From positions 1 through 52,236 of the IMG/VR virus record IMGVR_UViG_3300006921_000023: DNA of 52,236 nucleotides. One strand, 5' to 3'. This document shows, piece after piece, positions 41,564-49,185 of this stretch (the stretch's first letter is position 1; each line of letters begins with the position of its first letter). Both the position numbers and the translations under genes were made by a program. The notes under the pieces were generated by a model. That model was not told where the DNA came from. It searched no databases and saw nothing but the letters and a program-made list of their open reading frames with translations. Origin of the DNA: a virus (Duplodnaviria; Caudoviricetes).

Positions 41564-42421
41564 TTATTTGAACTTTGAATGAGGTATCCTGGTTAACGAT
41601 CCGTATTCTGTGTATAGTGGATATAGATGTTGATAACTTCTTTTGATGGTATTCACTACCTTGGTTATATATAATGTTTTAACTCCCGTCATCTCTCTAA
41701 TCATTATATACAATGCTTTTTTATTAAAGTTTTCTATATTCTCTCTAATTCTAAACAGTTCTAGTAAAGCATCAGCTATCTGTCTATCTCGAGTCTTGGA
41801 AAACTTCTTAAACAAATATACTTCCCAATATTCTATAAACTCATCAAAGAAATCTTTTATTTCCGTAACGCGGTTTTCTCTGAATATCTCATTTGTAACA
41901 TTTCTATCCGTGTCAATTTTAATAACCGCAGCTTTTTGCTTCATGCGTGCATATTGTTTATTATTATTTATGATTAGATAGTTTTTAGCTACTATTGAGA
42001 AATAAGAAAACGCCTTTCCTTTTCCCTTCGTGAACTTGGGCATCTTCTCTATTAAGAATGCAACTACTTCGTGCTTAACGTCACTATGCTTTCCATCCAT
42101 ATAATAAAACTTAAATGTGTGTATTATATTTTCAGCTAGTTTATCAAAAGCCTTATATATAAATTCCTTATATACTCTATCTCTGAGAGATTGATTTTCT
42201 TCTGCCGTATATGCTATAATAGCATCTTCTACATTCTGATCGAAGTAGTATTTTTTAGTTCTCGGTCTACCACGTTTCTTTTTTAACTCTTTACGCTCTT
42301 TAGGAGTCAATGATGCTAACCAAGCTTTATGCTCTTCTTCTTTTCGAACCTTTTCTTTATAGTCAATATAGAATTGTTGTACTGGGCTAGTTGCTTGAAT
42401 CATTTGAATCATCTTTCTCAT
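41564..42421 (-). CDS. Phage sigma factor (T4 gp55-like late sigma); exact start uncertain
   Basis: YFDQNVEDAIIAY, KLAENII..FKFYY, and KFTKGKGKAFSYFSIVAKNYLI resemble sigma region 2. N-terminal AT-hook-like KRGRPR. Confidence 0.7.
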   Translation of the reverse strand: MRKMIQMIQATSPVQQFYIDYKEKVRKEEEHKAWLASLTPKERKELKKKRGRPRTKKYYFDQNVEDAIIAYTAEENQSLRDRVYKEFIYKAFDKLAENIIHTFKFYYMDGKHSDVKHEVVAFLIEKMPKFTKGKGKAFSYFSIVAKNYLIINNNKQYARMKQKAAVIKIDTDRNVTNEIFRENRVTEIKDFFDEFIEYWEVYLFKKFSKTRDRQIADALLELFRIRENIENFNKKALYIMIREMTGVKTLYITKVVNTIKRSYQHLYPLYTEYGSLTRIPHSKFK

Positions 42422-42689
42422 CTTTTACTATTATACCTTCCAACTCTCGTACAAGCTGGTTGATTTGTTTATATATACTTCCTACATAATCATCTGATTT
42501 GAACATTCCTTTCTCATCAATGACATCTATCTCTGCAATGATCTTAGTAACGATCTGATTTAATCCATCTACCCACTTAGATAACTGATTTGAAAAGTCT
42601 TCATGTCGTTCCACCTTACGAAGTAAATTCCATATAATAAAAATACTTACGACGAGCAATACAGATAGTATTATTATTGTAACGATCAT
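42387..42689 (-). CDS. Membrane-anchored coiled-coil hypothetical protein
   Basis: N-terminal hydrophobic helix IVTIIILSVLLVVSIFIIW; ATGA overlap with the upstream gene. Confidence 0.65.
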   Translation of the reverse strand: MIVTIIILSVLLVVSIFIIWNLLRKVERHEDFSNQLSKWVDGLNQIVTKIIAEIDVIDEKGMFKSDDYVGSIYKQINQLVRELEGIIVKDEKDDSNDSSN

Positions 42690-43441
42690 GAATCGTCTCC
42701 GAATAAACTTTTGAATGCATCTTTGGCGGAGGCAGCCGCGTCAGTCGAGAGCGCGCGATTTTTTGTAGCGCGAGTTGAGGTAGCGGGTTTTGAAACCTGT
42801 CCTCCATCAATAGCCCATTTCTCGTATTCGATTCTGGAAGCCATATGATCTGCATGATGTAATAGTATTGGCATGTGTGAAGTCATCTTTGAATCTTTCA
42901 TGCTTGCTTTGAAGTATGGTTTATTCGAATCATCAAATACTCCATCGTGTAGTTTAATACCCATATACTCATTGTGGGACATTTTAATTCCCCAATCTTG
43001 TAATAAGAATATTGTTCTATCTGGAACCATCATGAAAGGTATCTCTGGATTGTTTGTATAAATCTTTCCTTGATTCTTTCTATGCCATTCACTAGGATTA
43101 GGTAAGTACTGTGCTCCTTCGCTCGTACCTATCTTTCCCAAGTCGTGATTGATTGCTGCGAATACTAATTCTTCTCTCGTGTAGTCTGTTGAGTTAGCAC
43201 CCATACGATTCCACACTTCATATAATTCTATTGCACATTCCACTACTCTCAATACGTGATCCACATAACCACCTGGAAAGCAATTATGGAAATGTTCAAA
43301 GCTTGATGCTGGCATCATACTTATTCTATCCTCATAGTGAGTGTAGAATTCCGTTAATTGTTTTTTACGTTCTCCGCTTATCTCTGTATCAATACATTCT
43401 AGTAAGCGTTCCCAATTTTGTTTAATTTCTTCTGCTGTCAT
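42686..43441 (-). CDS. HD-domain phosphohydrolase (YhaM-like HD)
   Basis: HNCFPGGYVDHV, HDLGKIG, IKLHDG, LHHADHMAS. Confidence 0.85.
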   Translation of the reverse strand: MTAEEIKQNWERLLECIDTEISGERKKQLTEFYTHYEDRISMMPASSFEHFHNCFPGGYVDHVLRVVECAIELYEVWNRMGANSTDYTREELVFAAINHDLGKIGTSEGAQYLPNPSEWHRKNQGKIYTNNPEIPFMMVPDRTIFLLQDWGIKMSHNEYMGIKLHDGVFDDSNKPYFKASMKDSKMTSHMPILLHHADHMASRIEYEKWAIDGGQVSKPATSTRATKNRALSTDAAASAKDAFKSLFGDDS

Positions 43442-43442
43442 A

Positions 43443-44015
43443 TTAACTATCTATTTTTGATTTTACTTTTTTCCAATAACCTGCTGTCATTTCGTTTTGC
43501 ATTCCACGAGGACCACCATTCCAACATCTTGCAATTTCTTCCGCTGTTGTTAATCCATAATGTTTACAATATATGTCAAACATCTTAATTGATTTATTTC
43601 TTAACCATCTATCATCGTATGTAAATCTTACATCCGATTTTTGTCTTCTTAATATTCTATTTACATCATCTACCATAGTTCTTCTGATTTGTAAACAACC
43701 TACTGCATCCTCTCCTGCGTTGTAAGCAGAATCGTTGTTACTACTTTCAACAAATATCAATGCTGATATTAGATGTGTAGTATTATTAGATATATTGAAA
43801 TCCCATATTTGATTTTCCCACTGTAATGTATCTATTTCCAATATCAAACTATCAACTACGTTTGTTAAACTATCAGTTGTGTGATCTAAATCATTTTGTA
43901 GTTCTTCGATTTGATTTTCCATACTCCACGTTGTTGCTAACCATAACATTGCAATACTAATTATCATTAGTATTCCTGCTACTTGATCGTAAGTGTAAGT
44001 GTTTTCTTTTTTCAT
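43443..44015 (-). CDS. Membrane-anchored lysozyme-like / lytic transglycosylase
   Basis: N-terminal TM helix and coiled coil, then ALIFVES (catalytic Glu), AVGCLQI, ARCWNGGPRG. Confidence 0.8.
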   Translation of the reverse strand: MKKENTYTYDQVAGILMIISIAMLWLATTWSMENQIEELQNDLDHTTDSLTNVVDSLILEIDTLQWENQIWDFNISNNTTHLISALIFVESSNNDSAYNAGEDAVGCLQIRRTMVDDVNRILRRQKSDVRFTYDDRWLRNKSIKMFDIYCKHYGLTTAEEIARCWNGGPRGMQNEMTAGYWKKVKSKIDS

Positions 44016-44017
44016 AA

Positions 44018-44629
44018 TTATATTATTTGGTCAATAACTTTTATTTCTAATGCTTTATCAGCTGTTAGCCAGTAATCCGTTCTTTGTATCTGATCCCATT
44101 CCTCAGCTGATAATGTACTTTTCTCACTCAATATTGTATTAGACATTTTGTCTATTTCAGATACATGGTGTATACTTGCTTTAACATCAGCCTGTTTACC
44201 TTGTAGCCAAGTAGATGATTGGTGAAACATAATTGTTGAATGTTTACTAGCATATCTAGCTCCTGTTCCACTAGCCAATATGACTGCAGCTGCTGAGAAA
44301 GCTTTTCCTCTACATATTGTATTTACTGGAACGCTTAGTGATTTCATATAATCTATGATTGCCAACATTTCGTATACACATCCACCTTCCGAGTTAATTA
44401 TCATATTGATCGGTTGATCGATAGTCTCTTCCGTTCTGTTATTTAATATAGTTCGAATACGAGTCATCATATCGAATAGCGTGTACCCATCAATCTCTCC
44501 AACTAAATAAATAACGCTATCCTGTATGTCGAATGCGTATGTTATTTCATTGAACGTTTCTTTATTAGAGTTATCTTGTTTAATATCCTCTTTTCTGATT
44601 GGAGTGGGTTTATCATCGTATATTGACAT
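44018..44629 (-). CDS. clpP: ClpP-family serine protease
   Basis: IYLVGEI, INSEGG, GKAFSAAAVILASG (Ser), IMFHQ (His), RTDYWLTADKALE..ID (Asp): an intact triad. Confidence 0.92.
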   Translation of the reverse strand: MSIYDDKPTPIRKEDIKQDNSNKETFNEITYAFDIQDSVIYLVGEIDGYTLFDMMTRIRTILNNRTEETIDQPINMIINSEGGCVYEMLAIIDYMKSLSVPVNTICRGKAFSAAAVILASGTGARYASKHSTIMFHQSSTWLQGKQADVKASIHHVSEIDKMSNTILSEKSTLSAEEWDQIQRTDYWLTADKALEIKVIDQII

Positions 44630-44632
44630 GCA

Positions 44633-44842
44633 TTATCCCTTTAATATATCTTTCATTTTATCTGTGCTAGACTTTGTCGATCCAAACGCTTCTTTAATAC
44701 TCTCCGCGCTGTATCCAAGAGATGCAGCTAGTCTCCTACACATTGTTTTGAATTCGTGTATATCTAAATCTTCTCTTACTTCTAGAACAACCTTCTGAGC
44801 TTCTTTAGAATATGTACCTCTAGTATATTCAATCTTATCCAT
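44633..44842 (-). CDS. Hypothetical protein (69 aa)
   Basis: Fills the operon gap, overlaps the upstream stop, GAGG RBS. Confidence 0.6.
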   Translation of the reverse strand: MDKIEYTRGTYSKEAQKVVLEVREDLDIHEFKTMCRRLAASLGYSAESIKEAFGSTKSSTDKMKDILKG

Positions 44843-45410
44843 TTGCTATCTCAACCTCATTACCATAATCACCCTTCACTCGTCTTCTAATACTACCATC
44901 GTCTGGGTTACGTTCGTATATGAATTTTTCTCCAAATTGTAGTTCTAATTGATCATCTTTCTTATATAGATAATCCATAACAGCTATCCAATCAAAGAAC
45001 GGAGCTGATCCGAAATGGATCCATTCACCCTCAAACGTAGTCTGACCTCTATCAGATCCACCCATATCATCTATCAGATAATCACCTTTGTTTAGATTTT
45101 TATGATGTGATAGAATAAGTCTTTTACAAGCATTCTCGCCTAACCATTTTTCTACCCACAACCTCTTATCCATCCATGCAGATGGGTTATCCCATGGTGC
45201 GGTTGATAAAATATAAACATCGAAATCTTGGCATAATTTATTAAATGATTCTACTGCTCCTGGTAGTGGTTTTAACATCTCAAACATTCCAGGTATAAGA
45301 TCCGGACTTCCCTTATACTCTTCATTCTTTCTTAGTGGGTGTAAAGCTGCTGCACCGCAGAAATCAGCTAGTACTCCATCCATATCAATATACATTATCT
45401 TTTTAGCCAT
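44835..45410 (-). CDS. 5'(3')-deoxyribonucleotidase (NT5C, HAD superfamily)
   Basis: IDMDGVLADF, YILSTAPW, KRLWV, KNLNKGDYLIDD, FEGEWIHFG. Confidence 0.9.
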   Translation of the reverse strand: MAKKIMYIDMDGVLADFCGAAALHPLRKNEEYKGSPDLIPGMFEMLKPLPGAVESFNKLCQDFDVYILSTAPWDNPSAWMDKRLWVEKWLGENACKRLILSHHKNLNKGDYLIDDMGGSDRGQTTFEGEWIHFGSAPFFDWIAVMDYLYKKDDQLELQFGEKFIYERNPDDGSIRRRVKGDYGNEVEIANG

Positions 45411-45438
45411 AAGTCTTCCATTTTTATATTTATACTTA

Positions 45439-45468
45439 AATATACAAAATTATTTTGGATTATGCAAC
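45439..45468 (-). promoter_or_regulatory. Host-RNAP-type promoter GTTG-N20-TATATT
   Basis: GTTG CATAATCCAAAATAATTTTG TATATT, intergenic. Confidence 0.7.
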
Positions 45469-45471
45469 TAA

Positions 45472-45945
45472 TTACTTGATTATTTTTTCCAGCTTGCGAA
45501 TTTCTCTTTGTATCTCTCTAGCGGCTTTTTTAGTCTTAGCTCTATTTAGAGACTTCTTCAATTTATGATATGTAATCATAGCTTGTCGTTTGAGATTAGC
45601 TTTTTGAATCTTTGAGAGTTTTGGTTTGTTTGATTTCGGTTTCGGCGGTGTCGGTTTAAGCGTTCCTTTTAATTCTGGTTGCTCTTTGCCTTTATGAAAT
45701 ACATTACCATCTTTATCAACGAATTCCTTCATGAAAGCCCACCCTCTAGGCTTTCCAGATCCTTTATAACTTTTCAGTGGAGTAAAGGGAAAGTCCTTTT
45801 CATAATTTTCTCTGACGCACTCATGGCATGTAGTAGCTGTTGTTCCTTCCGTTGATGGAACATATTGTCCACAATCTCTACATTCCATATGTCTAACACC
45901 ATCTATATGTTGCACGTCGTATTTTATGTCTTCTGTTTTCTTCAT
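45472..45945 (-). CDS. Zinc-ribbon basic hypothetical protein
   Basis: CRDC...CHEC, GKPRGW..MKEFVDKDGNVF, Lys-rich C-terminal helix. Confidence 0.65.
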   Translation of the reverse strand: MKKTEDIKYDVQHIDGVRHMECRDCGQYVPSTEGTTATTCHECVRENYEKDFPFTPLKSYKGSGKPRGWAFMKEFVDKDGNVFHKGKEQPELKGTLKPTPPKPKSNKPKLSKIQKANLKRQAMITYHKLKKSLNRAKTKKAAREIQREIRKLEKIIK

Positions 45946-45960
45946 CTGTAACTTTTATTA

Positions 45961-45990
45961 AATATACATAATTTTTTTCAAACAACCAAC
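45961..45990 (-). promoter_or_regulatory. Host-RNAP-type promoter GTTG-N20-TATATT
   Basis: GTTG GTTGTTTGAAAAAAATTATG TATATT, intergenic. Confidence 0.7.
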
Positions 45991-45997
45991 TTTTCAA

Positions 45998-47131
45998 TTA
46001 CAAATTTGTAGATGGATGTTGCTTTCCATCTGGATCTCGCCAATTTCCACTAGGATATTTATACCATCCAGCTTTATGCCTAGCTGAAGATGTTGCTCTA
46101 TCACCGTATAAATTATCCTCTTGCTCCTCATAGTGAAGTCCATCATTACCATTTTGTCCTATTACATTCATGCGCTCTTCTGCTTTTTCCTCATCATCTT
46201 TTACATAATGCTTTTCGACAAAATCTGGATATGTTAGATCTTCAATTACATCCTCCTCTTCTAGTGGAATTGGATATGGTTTATTAAATTCCATTCCTTC
46301 TGGTATAGACATTACTACTTCTGGATCCTTTCTTTTTATTTGAGCGAATGCCATATTGGATGCAACTACTAATGCTATAGCTAGAGGATCGAATACAAAT
46401 ATAATCATTAGCAAGAACCAATTAACAACCGTGTTCATATCCTTACCAGTCGTTTCAGCTAGATACTTTAATGGTCCCAATTCTCGCTCATCTTCATTAG
46501 ATATTTCCTTTTCTAATAAAGCCATGTCCGTTGTTGAAATGGAATCTAATACCGCTTCTAGTTTTAGATTGATGTCATCTCTATCTGCTACTGTATTTTT
46601 TAGTTCAGCTTGCAATGCTCTTCTTGTGGAGCTAGATGTAGTTGTAATTACTTGTTCAGCTTCTTTATCATAGTATGATACTGAACCAGGATTTGATAAC
46701 GATATTCTTAATTCTGATATTGATTTGTTAAGTTGAGTCTTTTCAATATTGAGGTCTTCTTTCGTTTCTTGAAATCTAATTTGCTTTTGATTTAGTATAG
46801 CTAACGACTTATCTAACAACTCAGACTTTGTTGCTGTTGATTGATATGCTCCAGATAAGAATCCATAAATACCTCCGGAGGTAATTAACATCAATACTAA
46901 CACTGCTATTGACAGATATGCTCGTAGAGCTTTATTTATAGTGTCCCAATATTGATACAATAGCGATGCTGTGACGAGTTTGGCAAACTCCAAAGAGCCG
47001 GCCATTATAATAACTTGTGTACTCGCACCAGCAAATAACTTACTCAATCCAAAGACTGAGTAGAATGCTGCTGAGCCAGATACAGCTAGTGCAGAAATTC
47101 CTATCAGAATCGGAAGAAGGTGCTTTTTCAT
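45998..47131 (-). CDS. Multi-pass membrane protein with coiled coil (DUF4407-like architecture)
   Basis: Three N-terminal hydrophobic helices, coiled coil, LGPLKYLA, then a TM with VFDPLAIAL and an acidic tail. Confidence 0.7.
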   Translation of the reverse strand: MKKHLLPILIGISALAVSGSAAFYSVFGLSKLFAGASTQVIIMAGSLEFAKLVTASLLYQYWDTINKALRAYLSIAVLVLMLITSGGIYGFLSGAYQSTATKSELLDKSLAILNQKQIRFQETKEDLNIEKTQLNKSISELRISLSNPGSVSYYDKEAEQVITTTSSSTRRALQAELKNTVADRDDINLKLEAVLDSISTTDMALLEKEISNEDERELGPLKYLAETTGKDMNTVVNWFLLMIIFVFDPLAIALVVASNMAFAQIKRKDPEVVMSIPEGMEFNKPYPIPLEEEDVIEDLTYPDFVEKHYVKDDEEKAEERMNVIGQNGNDGLHYEEQEDNLYGDRATSSARHKAGWYKYPSGNWRDPDGKQHPSTNL

Positions 47132-47138
47132 AATTGAT

Positions 47139-47315
47139 TTAGCCTTGGTTTAATTGAACCCTAGCTTCGCATTCTTTTACCAATTGTCTTGTTTGTCTTA
47201 ATTTATCGACAGTTAATTCAACGGTAATTTTTTTATCACGTAGTCCTTCTAGGATAGTGAATAATAATTGATCTGCTTGGTTCAGTTTTTCTTGTACTTC
47301 TTGCTTGTAGTTCAT
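47139..47315 (-). CDS. Small helical hypothetical protein (58 aa, MNYKQEVQEKLNQAD...VQLNQG), not in ORF track
   Basis: Manual translation. AAAGGAG RBS; variant motif ATATGTAT at 47350-47357. Confidence 0.75.
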   Translation of the reverse strand: MNYKQEVQEKLNQADQLLFTILEGLRDKKITVELTVDKLRQTRQLVKECEARVQLNQG

Positions 47316-47368
47316 AGTTTTTCTCCTTTATAACTTTTATTCATATAATATACATATGTATGTTTATG

Positions 47369-47398
47369 AAAAAAGAATAGAGCATTTCTGCTCCATTC
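47369..47398 (-). terminator. Rho-independent terminator after hsp20-DUF2061
   Basis: GAATGGAGCA-GAAA-TGCTCTATTC-TTTTTT: 10-bp stem with one G-U pair, GNRA loop and U-tract. Confidence 0.85.
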
Positions 47399-47408
47399 CG
47401 TATAACTC

Positions 47409-47424
47409 CAGTAGGTTGGATGTC
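47409..47424. repeat. Inverted repeat arm (3' UTR side), pairs with 48112..48127
   Basis: The + strand cagtaggttggatgtc matches the reverse complement of 48112..48127 (cagtaggttgggtgtc) at 15 of 16 positions. Confidence 0.85.
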
Positions 47425-47426
47425 AT

Positions 47427-47636
47427 TTACTTGTCTTTAGTACCAAATTTACACTTTAACCAAATACGTTCATGGAAGTAATATAGAATAAATTTAGTAA
47501 ATAATTCTAATGCTCCAATCTTTAAGCCTACTGTTGCACTACCAGTTATGATCCATCCTAGAGCCATTGTGTCCAATGTTCCTACGATTCGCCAGCTGAT
47601 TGTCTTTAGTAGACTTCTTAATTTAGTTACGTTCAT
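47427..47636 (-). CDS. DUF2061-family small membrane protein
   Basis: RSLLKTISWRIVGTLDT...LYYFHERIW signature. Confidence 0.85.
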   Translation of the reverse strand: MNVTKLRSLLKTISWRIVGTLDTMALGWIITGSATVGLKIGALELFTKFILYYFHERIWLKCKFGTKDK

Positions 47637-47649
47637 TCGATACCTTCCT

Positions 47650-48081
47650 TTATTTAATTGTAACCGCCTTTGGCTTACTTTCCTCTGAAAGTGGTACTCT
47701 TACTTTCAACAATCCATTAGCCATCGTTGCTTTTATTTTGGTAAGATCGAATTTCGGACTTACCTTCCATCCCATATCAAAGCTTCTCCTAGCTATACCT
47801 TTATGAATATAGTCAGGTGCTTCAACATCTGATGGGTTTGATTCTACACTTGGTTTTTTATAAGCAACCTTCAAAGTATTGCTTTCTATTGTGATATCTA
47901 TATCACTTTTTTCCAACCCGACGCATGCAATGTCAAAACATAGTTCGTCCTCTTGTAGAAATACATCTACTGGGTAACTAGGTTTCTGTTCCTGCAATCC
48001 GCGGAACGATGCTTCGCCGTCAAAAAAATTTCTGAATAATAGGTCCGTTGGAAAGAACCTCTCTTGAAAGAGTGTTGTCAT
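47650..48081 (-). CDS. Small heat-shock protein (Hsp20 / alpha-crystallin)
   Basis: YPVDV, DIACVGLEKSDIDI, YIHKGIARRSF, ATMANGLLKV; AAGGAG RBS. Confidence 0.93.
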   Translation of the reverse strand: MTTLFQERFFPTDLLFRNFFDGEASFRGLQEQKPSYPVDVFLQEDELCFDIACVGLEKSDIDITIESNTLKVAYKKPSVESNPSDVEAPDYIHKGIARRSFDMGWKVSPKFDLTKIKATMANGLLKVRVPLSEESKPKAVTIK

Positions 48082-48111
48082 ATTTAATCTCCTTAAATGA
48101 TTTTATGTTAA

Positions 48112-48127
48112 GACACCCAACCTACTG
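48112..48127. repeat. Inverted repeat arm (5' UTR of hsp20), pairs with 47409..47424
   Basis: The + strand reads gacacccaacctactg. Confidence 0.85.
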
Positions 48128-48129
48128 TA

Positions 48130-48576
48130 TTAGTTGCCTTCAATAATAAATATGTACGTATGTACTTTTTCCTGTTTTTTATTTAATCTAAATCTATACT
48201 CAACGAATTTGTTTCCATGGCTCTCCATTAGATCTTTCATCTCCTTGAGCTTTGGCAGATTTTTAGCTGATAGCGCTACCATGTTGTTTACCATAGTAAC
48301 GTTAATCATATCTGATTCGATCATTCCCTTTAATCGTTTAGTATCCTTCACAGGGATTTTTTCTATAGGCGCTTGAAAGTCTGGTATTATATTATCTTTC
48401 AATTTTATATCACCAGACTCAATCCACTCCTCTATATTTTTGAATGCTTTATCTTGGCGCTTCTGAGGTAGACGATCTAACCATTCCCAGATTTCTTCTT
48501 CTGAGAACATCCAGAATTCTGAGTCTGGATTTAGTACATCTTCGATAGTCCATTTGTCTTTTGCCATGTTTAACAT
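48130..48576 (-). CDS. Hypothetical protein (likely start at 48567, MAKDKW)
   Basis: ORF immediately downstream of the tmRNA; AGGA lies before the second ATG. Confidence 0.6.
   Translation of the reverse strand: MLNMAKDKWTIEDVLNPDSEFWMFSEEEIWEWLDRLPQKRQDKAFKNIEEWIESGDIKLKDNIIPDFQAPIEKIPVKDTKRLKGMIESDMINVTMVNNMVALSAKNLPKLKEMKDLMESHGNKFVEYRFRLNKKQEKVHTYIFIIEGN
48146..48153 (-). promoter_or_regulatory. Putative promoter motif ATATTTAT upstream of hsp20
   Basis: CATATTTATTAT at the 3' end of the upstream ORF, just before the inverted-repeat arm. Confidence 0.5.
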
Positions 48577-48589
48577 CCTATTTTAATAT

Positions 48590-48816
48590 TACCAACCTCC
48601 ACCGGGCTTTAACGACTTGCCCTATTAAATGCCGTTGGGTCAGGGTGCCTAAGCCGCCATTGCCATTTCAACTTGTTCGCCAGTTACGCGTTGACCTTCC
48701 TCTTATCCTTATCACCCTGTCAAATCCAGTCACCCCCATATCATTGTTCTATTTAGTGGAGGTGGAGGGTATCGAACCCTCGTCCAAAAGTGCAGCTAAT
48801 AAAAGTACTAGCGGTC
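48590..48816 (-). ncRNA. ssrA: Circularly permuted (two-piece) tmRNA; outer ends approximate
   Basis: On the minus strand: acceptor piece ...GGAC-GAGGG-TTCGATA-CCCTC-CACCTCC-A (ends 48757), a 19-nt intervening segment, then a coding piece starting GGGGGTG-ACTGGATTTGAC at 48737. The 7-bp acceptor stem has G3-U70, followed by a tag ORF and a pseudoknot. Confidence 0.9.
48649..48681 (-). other. tmRNA tag reading frame GEQVEMAMAA*
   Basis: TAACT-GGC GAA CAA GTT GAA ATG GCA ATG GCG GCT TAG, ending in the typical Ala-Ala degron. The resume codon is inferred. Confidence 0.8.
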
Positions 48817-49185
48817 ATTATCATCTTCAATATCCCAATTGGGATCAAAATCCATAAGATCTGCAGGCAACCAATTAGATAATGCTTTCTGTATGGATTT
48901 GAGTCCACTTTTAGATTTCTTTATCTTAACTAGTTCTGCACATCTCTCATACATTTCTATGTCAGGTGCTGAATAATATTCAATGAGTGTTTCTATTAAC
49001 TCATTCATATCAGTATCATCATCCATTGGATTGATGATCATAAGCACCCTACCTTTCCTTACTGATATAGAATCGTAAGTATCTTGTTTAGTGATCAATC
49101 TATACATATTGTCCATAGCTTCTTCGTCGATCAAATCGACGTTTGCAGGATCGTTTATGTCATAGTTATGTTTCATCTTCTGCAT
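48808..49185 (-). CDS. Hypothetical protein with UVR-like motif (EMYERCAELVKI)
   Basis: Resembles the E-x-Y-E-x-A-A-x-L pattern of UvrB/C (UVR) domains. Its last codons overlap the tmRNA acceptor piece. The start may be 49176. Confidence 0.55.
   Translation of the reverse strand: MQKMKHNYDINDPANVDLIDEEAMDNMYRLITKQDTYDSISVRKGRVLMIINPMDDDTDMNELIETLIEYYSAPDIEMYERCAELVKIKKSKSGLKSIQKALSNWLPADLMDFDPNWDIEDDNDR

Noticed and set aside
42720-42790. Local GC-rich patch with CGCG repeats
   Set aside because: It encodes the Ala/Thr/Arg-rich tail of the HD protein and gives only a weak hairpin with no U-tract on the coding strand.
44018-44629. ClpP as prohead maturation protease
   Set aside because: No portal, capsid or terminase genes are adjacent and it sits in a metabolic operon. 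Disfavoured, though not strictly excluded.
48757-48790. tRNA gene or prophage att-site remnant
   Set aside because: There is no anticodon arm, and the matching 5' acceptor strand lies downstream. No second 3' end or integrase is visible, so a permuted tmRNA explains it better.
48561-48857. 98-aa plus-strand ORF containing VEVEGIEPSS
   Set aside because: This is the antisense translation of the tmRNA T-arm and acceptor stem, a classic spurious ORF.
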